A DNA stretch of 64,000 nucleotides from a virus (taxonomy: Duplodnaviria; Caudoviricetes): positions 1,465-65,464 of the IMG/VR virus record IMGVR_UViG_3300020159_004070; one strand, 5' to 3'. The position numbers and the translations under genes are program-made. Numbering within the stretch: the first letter of the stretch is position 1; every line of letters begins with the position of its first letter. Shown here piece by piece: positions 19,444-28,191 of the stretch. The notes under the pieces are model-generated. The model had not been told where the DNA came from. It worked only from the letters and a program-made list of their open reading frames with translations, and made no database searches.

Positions 19444-19904
19444 TGCTAGCTAGATTTATTGCAATCTTTGGTCTTCTCGATGTTTTAAGAGAGATCAAAA
19501 TTTACCTCGACTATCGAGCAATTATAAGAAAAGAAAAACTCAATTCTCCTATCTGGATGAAGATGAGGCTGAGGTATGATTGGATAGGTAGGCTTTACAC
19601 AGTTGTTAATCTTCCACCGGAAGTGACAATGTCTCGTGATTTTCCTGCAGATGCAAGACCGGCTTTTGTGTTTGAAGAGATTAAAGGTGTTAATGACTAT
19701 TTAACTACTTTGAATCTACAGGAGATTATCACACCGACACTGAAGCCCATCGAGGAAACTAACGGTGATTCATTTTTAGTAATTTACTATTTCTTCTTCC
19801 GACATATATCCTGGTTTTGGATTTTTAGGTTTCTTGCGGAGATTACTGGAATAATTTTGCTAGTAAGTAATTGGGATTGGATACTAAACTATTTCGGATT
19901 TTGA
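19443..19904 (+). CDS. Hypothetical membrane protein
   Basis: Hydrophobic aromatic C-terminus; TAATG coupling to the sigma gene. Confidence 0.6.
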   Translation: MLARFIAIFGLLDVLREIKIYLDYRAIIRKEKLNSPIWMKMRLRYDWIGRLYTVVNLPPEVTMSRDFPADARPAFVFEEIKGVNDYLTTLNLQEIITPTLKPIEETNGDSFLVIYYFFFRHISWFWIFRFLAEITGIILLVSNWDWILNYFGF

Positions 19905-20701
19905 CAGATTTAATTAAAGTAAAAAGGGAGTACCAAGCAAAGCTTGACATATTTAAGGATCCAAGTTTCATTTTCAACGAGTCTGAGCATTCTTATCATT
20001 TCGAAGGCGTCAGGTATGATTCGGTTACAACATTTCTAAAAAAGTTCAAAGTACCATTTGATCGTGATTTCTGGGCGGGGAAAAAAGCTCAAGAGTATGG
20101 CGTTGATGTTTCGGAGGTAAAAAAAGACTGGCAATCGAAAGCTGACGTGGCAAACGATCTTGGAACCAGGGTTCATAAATGGATTGAAGATTTTTGGGCT
20201 GGACTAAATCCTCCCTTACCCGAGGAGGAAGATCTTAAGGAGAGAGTGGAAAAATTTTTAGCATTGCACGAGGAGAGATTTAAAGATCTAGTTCCTCTAC
20301 AGCCTGAATTAAAAGTTTTTTCTAAAAAGTGGAGAATAGCAGGAACTGTCGATCAGCCATTTCTTATGTGGGACAAGAAGCAAAATAAGCTTCTTTTTTT
20401 AATTGGTGATTGGAAAACAAACAAGGAATTTAAAGACGATAAGCATCCCAAGGGAAAGTATAAGAAACTATTACATCCTTTTGCTGACCTTTACGAAAAT
20501 TCTCATAACGAGTACTCGATTCAAATTAGTCTTTATCGTTTAATTATAGAGGAGGAGACTGGTCTAAAAACTGATGGCGGTTTCCTTTGCCATATTGGAC
20601 CCCAGGAAAAACCGAAGATCTATCCTGTAAAAGACCTAAGGGAAAGACTTAAAATTTATTTGCAACACAATAGAGAGGAATTTGATATTTTCAACGTATA
20701 A
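19901..20701 (+). CDS. PD-(D/E)XK exonuclease (RecB/Cas4-like family)
   Basis: SVTT, GTRVH, IAGTVD, IGDWKT and YSIQISLY motifs. TTG start at 19901 overlaps the upstream TGA. Confidence 0.8.
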   Translation: MTDLIKVKREYQAKLDIFKDPSFIFNESEHSYHFEGVRYDSVTTFLKKFKVPFDRDFWAGKKAQEYGVDVSEVKKDWQSKADVANDLGTRVHKWIEDFWAGLNPPLPEEEDLKERVEKFLALHEERFKDLVPLQPELKVFSKKWRIAGTVDQPFLMWDKKQNKLLFLIGDWKTNKEFKDDKHPKGKYKKLLHPFADLYENSHNEYSIQISLYRLIIEEETGLKTDGGFLCHIGPQEKPKIYPVKDLRERLKIYLQHNREEFDIFNV

Positions 20702-20749
20702 TCGTGAAACTTATTCCCATTTTAAACTAAAAAAATAAAAGACAAAATA

Positions 20750-21265
20750 ATGGCTAACAAAAAGATTACGGAAAAAACAGTAGAAATAAACGCAGAAGGA
20801 CTTGTTGATGCTTTAGGCGAAGACGTGCTTTCTAAATTGAATTTGGAAAGAATCAAGGCTGCTGAAGAAAACCTTGTTTCTGCTAAACAAAAACTTTCTA
20901 CCAAGGTTTATGCTGTCCAGTTTGAAAACGACAGCCTGATCGATCGATATGTGGATTTCATGAACGAGAAAGCTTCTTGGAGAGAAAAAGAAGCTCTTGG
21001 TGTTATCGAAATCTGTAAAGTATTGGATGAACTCAAAAAAGACGGAATCAAGAATAGCATCCTTTACATGCAAGCACTACCTTTAGAAGCAAGTCATTAC
21101 TTTATTTCTAAACAATCTGGAAATGGTTTGAAGGAGGCTAAAGATTTTATCAGTCTGCTTAAACCTTTCGAGCAGGCACTTGAATCAGCAAAGCAAGATG
21201 CAAGGGAGATTCAGGAGCTTGAAAAAGAACTTGCAGCAGCACAGCAGGGAATTGAATTAGCCTAA
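20750..21265 (+). CDS. Hypothetical coiled-coil protein
   Basis: 171 aa ORF with its own GAAAC-N16-CTAAAA promoter and a downstream terminator. Confidence 0.65.
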   Translation: MANKKITEKTVEINAEGLVDALGEDVLSKLNLERIKAAEENLVSAKQKLSTKVYAVQFENDSLIDRYVDFMNEKASWREKEALGVIEICKVLDELKKDGIKNSILYMQALPLEASHYFISKQSGNGLKEAKDFISLLKPFEQALESAKQDAREIQELEKELAAAQQGIELA

Positions 21266-21285
21266 ACTACTACAACCTGAATATG

Positions 21286-21309
21286 AAAAGCGCCTTTCGG
21301 CGCTTTTTT
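21286..21309 (+). terminator. Intrinsic terminator
   Basis: AAAAGCGCC-TTTC-GGCGCTTTTTT hairpin plus U-tract. Confidence 0.85.
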
Positions 21310-21360
21310 CGTGTAAAGGGATTTCAAATGGATATATAGAAAAACTAAAAATTTTATCTT

Positions 21361-21642
21361 ATGCTACAAAAAATAAAAGACAATTTCCAATACATCGTTC
21401 TTGGATTCCTAGTTATCGTATTTCTTAGACAATGCGGCGTTAACAGCGATATTGACAGAATTGAAAAACACAACAAACAAATCTCTGCTAAAATTGATTC
21501 AGTGAATATCGTATCTAAAGTGGAGATGAAGAAAGAGATGAGACAGGTTATGTTTGAATTCCTTATTTATGAGGATGATTTTGACAAGAAGAAAACTTCC
21601 CTTTCTGAAATTAAAAGTAGAATGGACCAAGGTGAAAAATAG
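21361..21642 (+). CDS. Small membrane-anchored coiled-coil protein (possible lysis/spanin-like)
   Basis: N-terminal hydrophobic helix ending ..FLRQCG, then coiled coil; late promoter at 21331. Confidence 0.5.
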   Translation: MLQKIKDNFQYIVLGFLVIVFLRQCGVNSDIDRIEKHNKQISAKIDSVNIVSKVEMKKEMRQVMFEFLIYEDDFDKKKTSLSEIKSRMDQGEK

Positions 21643-22375
21643 TAACAAACTCGTTAGTAGGTTTATAATTGGGACTTTTGTCACTCTTTACCTGATGGTG
21701 TCTGTTATTTCCACCATCCACGTAATTGATTTCTTCAAGCTATCTAATCCTACCTGGTTGGCAGTATCTCTAGCAATTGCATTTGAGGTTGGTGCTGCTG
21801 CTTCGTTGGCTTCCTTAATTGCTTTACAGAAGATGAACAAATCTTTAGTGTGGATGCTATTTTTCCTTCTCACAGCAATGCAAGCAATGGGTAACACATA
21901 CTATGCTTATGTCAACTTGGAGGATTTCGCTGCTTGGTCCGAACTATTCGGGCTAATTGAGGAGGAGGTAATTTTCCAAAAGAGAGTTTTGTCAATAGTG
22001 TCTGGTGCTATCCTGCCGATTGTAGCACTTGGATTTATAAAGTCACTTGTGGATTACATCAAACCCGAAGAAACACAGGAAACCTCGGTTATAGAATCAC
22101 CAGAGGAGATAGTCGAAGAACCTGAACAGGAAAAACTAGAAGACATCAGTGAGCCTCTAGTCTTTAACGAAGATTTACAAATGCTTCATGAAACTGTTCT
22201 TGATGCCGGAGAGGATGAGGAAAACAGTGATGAAGTTGAGGAAGTACCCGCCACGAATGTTGGAAATGAGAACGCATATCATGTTTCCGAAGTTGAAAAT
22301 GTAAATTCAAACAGGAGGGTAACCCAAAAAGTACAAATGCCAACGAATACCGATATCAATCCAACCAAACTTTAA
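21632..22375 (+). CDS. Multi-pass membrane protein with acidic tail (possible holin-like)
   Basis: About four hydrophobic helices then an E/D-rich tail; GTG start at 21632. Confidence 0.55.
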   Translation: MKNSNKLVSRFIIGTFVTLYLMVSVISTIHVIDFFKLSNPTWLAVSLAIAFEVGAAASLASLIALQKMNKSLVWMLFFLLTAMQAMGNTYYAYVNLEDFAAWSELFGLIEEEVIFQKRVLSIVSGAILPIVALGFIKSLVDYIKPEETQETSVIESPEEIVEEPEQEKLEDISEPLVFNEDLQMLHETVLDAGEDEENSDEVEEVPATNVGNENAYHVSEVENVNSNRRVTQKVQMPTNTDINPTKL

Positions 22376-23046
22376 TGAGCAGTAACATAGGAGATTCTTA
22401 CGAAATTTATGGTGGTGGATCCAGTCAGGGTGCTACCTCTGGGGTGGTATTTGGTTTGGGTGATAGTAATCCAGCTCTAAGAGCAGGCCAGACAGGTCCT
22501 TTTGAAACCCAATATACATTGATTGCCAATGATGAAGGTTCAATGAGGAGAGTAAACCTGACCTTCTCGAACTACAATGATCCCCACCAGGTAAGACTTT
22601 TTCAGAGTTCTCTTAACGTGGCCTATCATGCAAGCATCGATGAAACTTTAGATCTTTCTGAGTTTTTCCATCCTCTTCAATCATTTTCTGGTTACCAGAA
22701 ACAAACCTTTGTTATAGCTCCAGACACATCAATCAATTTGGACCCAGGAGAATTTGACACAACCTTGGGAGAAGTTAGTTTGCTACTAGCAAAGGCTGAA
22801 TATTATGCTGACGCTACTGACGATCAAAGGCTCCTTTATTGGCATTATAATTCTGGAAGGAGATACATCATGTCAGAAATGATGATGTTAACAGGTCAGG
22901 TAAAGCCAGACGCTTCCTGGAAAGGATGGCAAACTTTGCCTAATATAGATGAACAGGTAGGCTACACAGGCGCAGCAACGGGTGGATTTGTGTTTTCTAA
23001 TTCAACTGAGTATTCTGTAAAACTAACAATATTAACAGCAAGCTAA
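22375..23046 (+). CDS. Hypothetical late (probably structural) protein, paralogue A
   Basis: Beta-rich; shares W.Y..Y.M.E.M.LTG..GW..GGF.F.N..VKL.IL pattern with the next gene. Confidence 0.6.
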   Translation: MSSNIGDSYEIYGGGSSQGATSGVVFGLGDSNPALRAGQTGPFETQYTLIANDEGSMRRVNLTFSNYNDPHQVRLFQSSLNVAYHASIDETLDLSEFFHPLQSFSGYQKQTFVIAPDTSINLDPGEFDTTLGEVSLLLAKAEYYADATDDQRLLYWHYNSGRRYIMSEMMMLTGQVKPDASWKGWQTLPNIDEQVGYTGAATGGFVFSNSTEYSVKLTILTAS

Positions 23047-23591
23047 TGGCTACAAGACCTATAATTTGTCCACCAGTTCCAGTACCGGGATTTATTTTTA
23101 AGAAGGATAAGTTTGTCCTTGAGGAAGATTATAACATCACAAATTTTCTAGATTTCAAAGATTTAGCCAGCAATGTTCAGTCTTATTCTAGATTAAAAAT
23201 AACGCTCAGAGCGGGCAGAAGTGTTAAGGTTAGCCAAACTGATATAGGTGACGTGAATGGTTTTGTGAGATGGGTTGCTGTTAAAGTAAAATACCCGGAA
23301 CCTAAAAATCCAATTCTTTACGGATCTCAGGTTCCTATTATTCCTGGTGTTCCTACACCATCAAATGGTACCCCGCAGGTTCAGAAGTACATTACCTGGA
23401 CATATAGGTCTGAAACATACAACATAGGAGAGTTAATGATCCTCACGGGGAGTAAACTCGGTACAACTGATTCAGAGATGACTGGATGGAATTTAAGTGA
23501 GGACTATTTACCTTATCGGGACGGTGGCTTTATTTTTACAAATCCACACCTTGATTTTGACGTCAAGCTAGAGATATTAATAGCGAGATGA
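23046..23591 (+). CDS. Hypothetical late (probably structural) protein, paralogue B
   Basis: Paralogue of 22375-23046; TAATG coupling. Confidence 0.6.
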   Translation: MATRPIICPPVPVPGFIFKKDKFVLEEDYNITNFLDFKDLASNVQSYSRLKITLRAGRSVKVSQTDIGDVNGFVRWVAVKVKYPEPKNPILYGSQVPIIPGVPTPSNGTPQVQKYITWTYRSETYNIGELMILTGSKLGTTDSEMTGWNLSEDYLPYRDGGFIFTNPHLDFDVKLEILIAR

Positions 23592-23685
23592 TATCAACAA
23601 ATTTCTTTTGTTTGTCTGAATATATAAATGGAAAAGTTTCAATATCACGATTGTGATATATAGAAAGCAAAAAAACATAAGTAGA

Positions 23686-26481
23686 ATGGATTTACTCAAT
23701 CAATTAAAAACACTAAGGGACAACACCACTAATCCCGAAGTCAAATCGGTTTGCGAATCTCACATAAGAAAAATTCAAAACGGTGAAGTTTTGAACGAGT
23801 CTGCTGTGATGGAATCTGTCGGACAAACAGTGAAAGAAACAGAAGGAACTACAATCAACCCTCTTGAAATGATCAGAAAGCAAGAGTTAGAGGCATCAAA
23901 GAATGCAGCACAAAAGCTGATGGAGTCTTGGTCTGGAGTTGGAAGTAAGTCTTCTAAAACATCTGGTTCTTACGTAGACGGTAAGACTGAAGAAAAAGAT
24001 CTTAGGATCGAACCTATCTCTGAAAGTTTAAAAGAGCTTATAGAGAAGGATCCTTCAGCAAAAGCTTTCATGAATTCACAAGGGGTCAATAATCTTGGTG
24101 TTTTTGAATCCATCCTTTCTTTGAAGGGCACTGGAATTTATGAACACCCAAACGTGAAAATCCTTTGTGAAAAATACGTACATCTACTTAAAAACAATAA
24201 TCTCCCAGAATATTTGGTAGCTGAGTCCTTTGTGACTGAGTTTCAGAATTTTTCATGGGATTCTAAAGTTAAAAATCTGATTGAGTCTATTGGCAATAAA
24301 ATATCTGGACTAAAACCAGAAATTGAAGTATCGAAAGCACTTTATTCTATTGAGAAAAGTGCAGGCTCAGATTTTTATTCCCCAGTAACTGAATCTTTGA
24401 ATAAGTGGTTAGTTTCAGAGAACAAGTCGGTTGCTATGCTATCTAAAGATCTTGCAAGATGGTCTTTCAATCCAACTGTAAAGAATTTGGTTAACACACT
24501 TTCCCTAATGGAGTCAACAGAATCCAAATTGGCTATTCCAGTACACAACGGTAACTCTTCTGTAAGAAGGGTATTTTCACCAGTACATGTTGCAGGTGGT
24601 AAAACCGTTTTCTCTATTGGAAACAACATCTTCGAAGGTGATTCTGAAGGAATCAGGAAAATTTCCAAAGCTCAATATGATGTTTTACCTGTAGATTTCA
24701 AATCTTTGTTAGAAGCTTTCTACTCACCGATGGTTAAAGTAAACGAGAACGGACTTTCATTCTTCGTTGGAAATCACACTTATAAATTGGTAGAAGAAAA
24801 TGATTCTGTAAGTATTTACACAAACGGAACTAAGCTTCAATTCTCGGATCTTAATCAGCTTGCAAAGCAAGTTGGCCTTGAAATCTCTGGATCTTTTGGA
24901 GTTAATGAATCAAAAGCAGTTTCTGACCTAATTAACGTTTACACAAATTTCGACAAAATTGTCGAGTTGGATTTTGCTAAAAGATTAGAGTCTAAGGTTT
25001 ACGAGGGTGCCTCGGTAAACATCATCAAATGGAATAACCAATTATACCTTAACAGAATCAACAATGCAATGAATGAGAATTCGCTTTACAAAGTGAATGG
25101 AACTCAGGCATCGAGCATGGTGAAGGAATTCTTGAAATATGATATTTCAGAAGGTCTTACAGAATTTTTGGAAGGTGAGACTAAAATCAAATCCATCATG
25201 ATCAATGATAGGAAACAAATTTTAGAAAACATCTCGGTAATCGAAAATGAGATTAACAAACTCGATACCTTGATGACAACCAACCCTCTCTACAATAACT
25301 CCAAAGAAATGCAAAGGGCTAAAATGATGCTCGAGCAGGAACTAAGTTCGCTAAGAAAGAAATGGTCAGCGGTGAACGAGGAGATTGAGAAAATAGACTC
25401 TTCGTCCGAAGAAATTCAAAATGTAAACGAGGACGAAAAATTCCAAGTTGGTGACTATGTTAAAGTTAAAGAATCAGGAAACACCGGAAAGATTATTTCT
25501 GTTGATTCTACCTCAGGTTCCTACACAGTTCTTATGGACAACGGACGTACTGGGGATTTTAGAATGGATGAGATCGTTGATATCGAGGAAGCTCTTAATA
25601 ACGCTGGAGAAGAAAACCAAGAGGATGATCAATCCCAAGAGGAAGTGAAAGAAAATGAAATGGCAATCGCTCCTTCTAAGGAAACTAAAGATTCTGTCGA
25701 TAAAACACCAGCGGCTACTCTCAAAGCAAATACATCTGCTGCTCCAACTGGCAAAGACCAAGATACTCCAGGAAAAAAGGATATCGAGAAAGAAGAGCAT
25801 GCTAATTTAGAAGAAGCACCTGAAGGAAGCCAGAAAGAGACTAACTATGAAATTAAAATCAAGGATTCTCTAGTTGACAAAGTTGGTTACAACGTGAACG
25901 AAGAGAATGATGAAGAGGTTGGTGATGCTGAAATTTCTGAAGGTGATATTGAAAAGAACTCACAGGAATTAGCAGAGGCTCCTGGAGGAAGAAGTAAAGC
26001 TAATTACGATTTAAAGGTTGCTCAAGGAGAAGAAAAAAATCCAGAAATCATGAAAACTGATGCTGCTTTGGCTTCTGCTCCCGGAGACGGACAAGGAATG
26101 AAAAAGCACAACGAGGTTGGAACAGAGATGGGATACAATCTTGATGAGGCATCAGAAATTGAAAAAACCAATCAGCAACTTGCAGTAGCACCAGGCGGAA
26201 CTAAAGAAATAGATTACGCGGTAAAGGTTACACAGGGTGATGAGAACAAGCCAGATGTTATGAATATAGATCCTGCTTTGGCAATTGCACCAGATGCTGG
26301 AGCTAAAGCTGATACTGATATCGAGGTAAATCACGAAATGGGATATAACCTTGACGAGGCTATTGAATTCTTGAAAAACAATAAAGATTCAAAAGAAGTT
26401 CAAGATTTTTTGAAGACTCTTTCTGGAGCAATCTCTAATGAGACTGCAATTGACGAAAGTGAAGAGTCAAAAAAAAACTAA
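23686..26481 (+). CDS. Large prohead-core-like protein with KOW/SH3-like domain and acidic repeats
   Basis: Start moved to ATG 23686 because a late promoter overlaps 23653. FQVGDYVKVKESGNTGKII is KOW-like; many [LIV]xE sites; repeated LAxAPG..MGYNLDEA units. Confidence 0.6.
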   Translation: MDLLNQLKTLRDNTTNPEVKSVCESHIRKIQNGEVLNESAVMESVGQTVKETEGTTINPLEMIRKQELEASKNAAQKLMESWSGVGSKSSKTSGSYVDGKTEEKDLRIEPISESLKELIEKDPSAKAFMNSQGVNNLGVFESILSLKGTGIYEHPNVKILCEKYVHLLKNNNLPEYLVAESFVTEFQNFSWDSKVKNLIESIGNKISGLKPEIEVSKALYSIEKSAGSDFYSPVTESLNKWLVSENKSVAMLSKDLARWSFNPTVKNLVNTLSLMESTESKLAIPVHNGNSSVRRVFSPVHVAGGKTVFSIGNNIFEGDSEGIRKISKAQYDVLPVDFKSLLEAFYSPMVKVNENGLSFFVGNHTYKLVEENDSVSIYTNGTKLQFSDLNQLAKQVGLEISGSFGVNESKAVSDLINVYTNFDKIVELDFAKRLESKVYEGASVNIIKWNNQLYLNRINNAMNENSLYKVNGTQASSMVKEFLKYDISEGLTEFLEGETKIKSIMINDRKQILENISVIENEINKLDTLMTTNPLYNNSKEMQRAKMMLEQELSSLRKKWSAVNEEIEKIDSSSEEIQNVNEDEKFQVGDYVKVKESGNTGKIISVDSTSGSYTVLMDNGRTGDFRMDEIVDIEEALNNAGEENQEDDQSQEEVKENEMAIAPSKETKDSVDKTPAATLKANTSAAPTGKDQDTPGKKDIEKEEHANLEEAPEGSQKETNYEIKIKDSLVDKVGYNVNEENDEEVGDAEISEGDIEKNSQELAEAPGGRSKANYDLKVAQGEEKNPEIMKTDAALASAPGDGQGMKKHNEVGTEMGYNLDEASEIEKTNQQLAVAPGGTKEIDYAVKVTQGDENKPDVMNIDPALAIAPDAGAKADTDIEVNHEMGYNLDEAIEFLKNNKDSKEVQDFLKTLSGAISNETAIDESEESKKN
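25945..26362 (+). repeat. Two imperfect copies of a ~70-aa coding repeat
   Basis: IEK...LAxAPGG...Y.xKV.QG.E..P.xM..D.ALAxAP.......V..EMGYNLDEA appears twice, with a weaker copy upstream. Confidence 0.7.
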
Positions 26482-26661
26482 AGAAAATACTTAGTCGAGT
26501 TTGGGCTTTTGCTCCGACAGCAAAAGAACAATCTGAATCACCAGATCCAGACGTCGACGAAATCAAAGGTAAAATGAGTGTCGCACCGGACGGAAAAGAA
26601 TCCTCCGATGAGACACTCATTTCTTCTGAAGACGGACCAGAAGAAGATAAGTCATAGCCCC

Positions 26662-26689
26662 GAAACTAACCTCGAGGTTTAATCTAAAA
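26662..26689 (+). promoter_or_regulatory. ECF-type (middle) promoter GAAAC-N17-CTAAAA upstream of gp55
   Basis: One of eight spaced copies of G(G/A)AAC-N16/17-nTA(T/A)AA. Confidence 0.65.
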
Positions 26690-26708
26690 TTAATATAAAA
26701 GGAAAAAG

Positions 26709-27068
26709 ATGGCAAAAGCTTATGTAAAAAATGCGGACCTGATGGCTGCCATTCTTGCGTCTAAAGAAAAGGGGCAGTTAACCAACGAAACTATCGAGAT
26801 GTTTGGATTAATGGTTCAGGGGATATCTAAGAAAATGGCGTATAGGGATCCAGAAGATAAAGCAGATTGTATGGCTTTTGCTATGGAAGACTTGGTTAAG
26901 TATTGGAACAGATTTGATCCTACTAAATCAAACAATCCTTTTGCTTATTATACGCAGATTGCTAAGAATGGTTTTGCTAAAGGATGGAAAAAAATTCATC
27001 CACCAAAATCTCCTAAAACTATCCCGTTCTCACACATCACCGGCGAGGACAATTCATATAATGTTTAG
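26709..27068 (+). CDS. gp55: Late-transcription sigma factor (T4 gp55-like)
   Basis: YVKNADL and FDPTKSNNPFAYYTQIAKNGF hallmark motifs. Confidence 0.85.
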   Translation: MAKAYVKNADLMAAILASKEKGQLTNETIEMFGLMVQGISKKMAYRDPEDKADCMAFAMEDLVKYWNRFDPTKSNNPFAYYTQIAKNGFAKGWKKIHPPKSPKTIPFSHITGEDNSYNV

Positions 27069-27073
27069 TTTTC

Positions 27074-27559
27074 ATGCCAGATATAAAGAAAATAAAACCC
27101 AATGGGGATTATAAATCTGGCCTGTATGTACCAAGAAATCCTGAAAAATATATTGGGGACGTTCACAATATAATATGCAGATCCTCCTGGGAGTTTAGAT
27201 TCTGCAAGTATTGCGATAATAACGAGAAAATCCTGAAATGGAGTTCGGAGCCAATTAAAATTCCTTACTATAATCCTTTAGATAAAAAAGACCACCAGTA
27301 TAATGTGGACTTTTACATGCAAGTCTTAAAAGACGATGACACTACACAGGATTGGATAGTAGAGGTAAAACCCCAATCACATTTTAAAAAACCATTGCTA
27401 GAGGGGAATGCAACTTTAGCTAAGCTCAAGTCATACAACCACAAAATGCAAGTGTGGATTACCAATCAGGCAAAATTTAAAGCAGCTCAAAGATGGGCAG
27501 ATGCTAGAGGTTACAGATTCGGTGTTGTAGATGAAAATTTCCTGTTCAAGAGTAAGTGA
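27074..27559 (+). CDS. gp4: Head completion nuclease (T4 gp4-like, TnsA-N fold)
   Basis: PRNPEKYIGD, RSSWE, WSSE.I.IPY, VDFY, EVKP and NQAKF..A. Confidence 0.88.
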   Translation: MPDIKKIKPNGDYKSGLYVPRNPEKYIGDVHNIICRSSWEFRFCKYCDNNEKILKWSSEPIKIPYYNPLDKKDHQYNVDFYMQVLKDDDTTQDWIVEVKPQSHFKKPLLEGNATLAKLKSYNHKMQVWITNQAKFKAAQRWADARGYRFGVVDENFLFKSK

Positions 27560-28155
27560 AGCTTATAGAAGATCAAATAAAAGAACTAAGGAACTCTTTC
27601 CAGTCACCTTCTGCTATTTCTGCAGATACTAATTCCCTTTTTCAAAAAAAATACGGAGCGGAATCTAAATCGCAAAAGATTTCCTTCGATGGTACTTTTG
27701 TTCCTGGAGTAATTTATATCATGGATTATACCACAAAAACAAAGACTTCCAATAGACATCCTTTTATAAACAGAAATCCAATTTTTCTTTTTATCCGTCA
27801 AGAAAAAAGAGAAGTTGGAGAAATTCTATTATCTCTGGATCTAAATATAATTCCACCTGACTTAAGAGGAAGGATTATATTGACAATATCAGATCAGTTT
27901 TTCAACATATTCAAAGAAAACGAAAAATCGAATTCATTGCAACCCATCCCAAATCTGTATAATTCTTTAGATACTATCCTTAAGGGCACAGGATGGAGAA
28001 ATGCATTGACTGGATTTAAGAAGTCCTATGCAGGAAATGTGAAGGTACTGGATTACCAAGACTGGGTCAGACTACCCTATTTCACTGGAGATAAGATAGA
28101 GGGACAACTTATTTCTGGGATATATAATGATTATAGATCGAAATTAAATCTTTGA
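27556..28155 (+). CDS. DNA end protector (gp2-like), putative
   Basis: PGVIYIMDY..P.FLF..LDLNIIPP..R pattern; adjacent to gp4. Confidence 0.55.
   Translation: MKLIEDQIKELRNSFQSPSAISADTNSLFQKKYGAESKSQKISFDGTFVPGVIYIMDYTTKTKTSNRHPFINRNPIFLFIRQEKREVGEILLSLDLNIIPPDLRGRIILTISDQFFNIFKENEKSNSLQPIPNLYNSLDTILKGTGWRNALTGFKKSYAGNVKVLDYQDWVRLPYFTGDKIEGQLISGIYNDYRSKLNL
28119..28126 (+). promoter_or_regulatory. Late promoter GATATATA for the portal pair
   Basis: Exact octamer ending 65 nt before the portal 1 ATG. Confidence 0.6.
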
Positions 28156-28191
28156 TCTGTTGTACAAAAACAACATTGAAGTGTAAATCTA

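Noticed and set aside
19901-20701. Cas4-like nuclease as evidence of a CRISPR-Cas system
   Set aside because: No cas1/cas2 or array nearby and no Fe-S cysteine set; stand-alone PD-(D/E)XK exonucleases are common in phages.
27074-27559. TnsA-like endonuclease as a Tn7 transposon
   Set aside because: Motifs and context (gp55, gp2, portal) fit T4 gp4 head completion protein; no tnsB/C or transposon ends.
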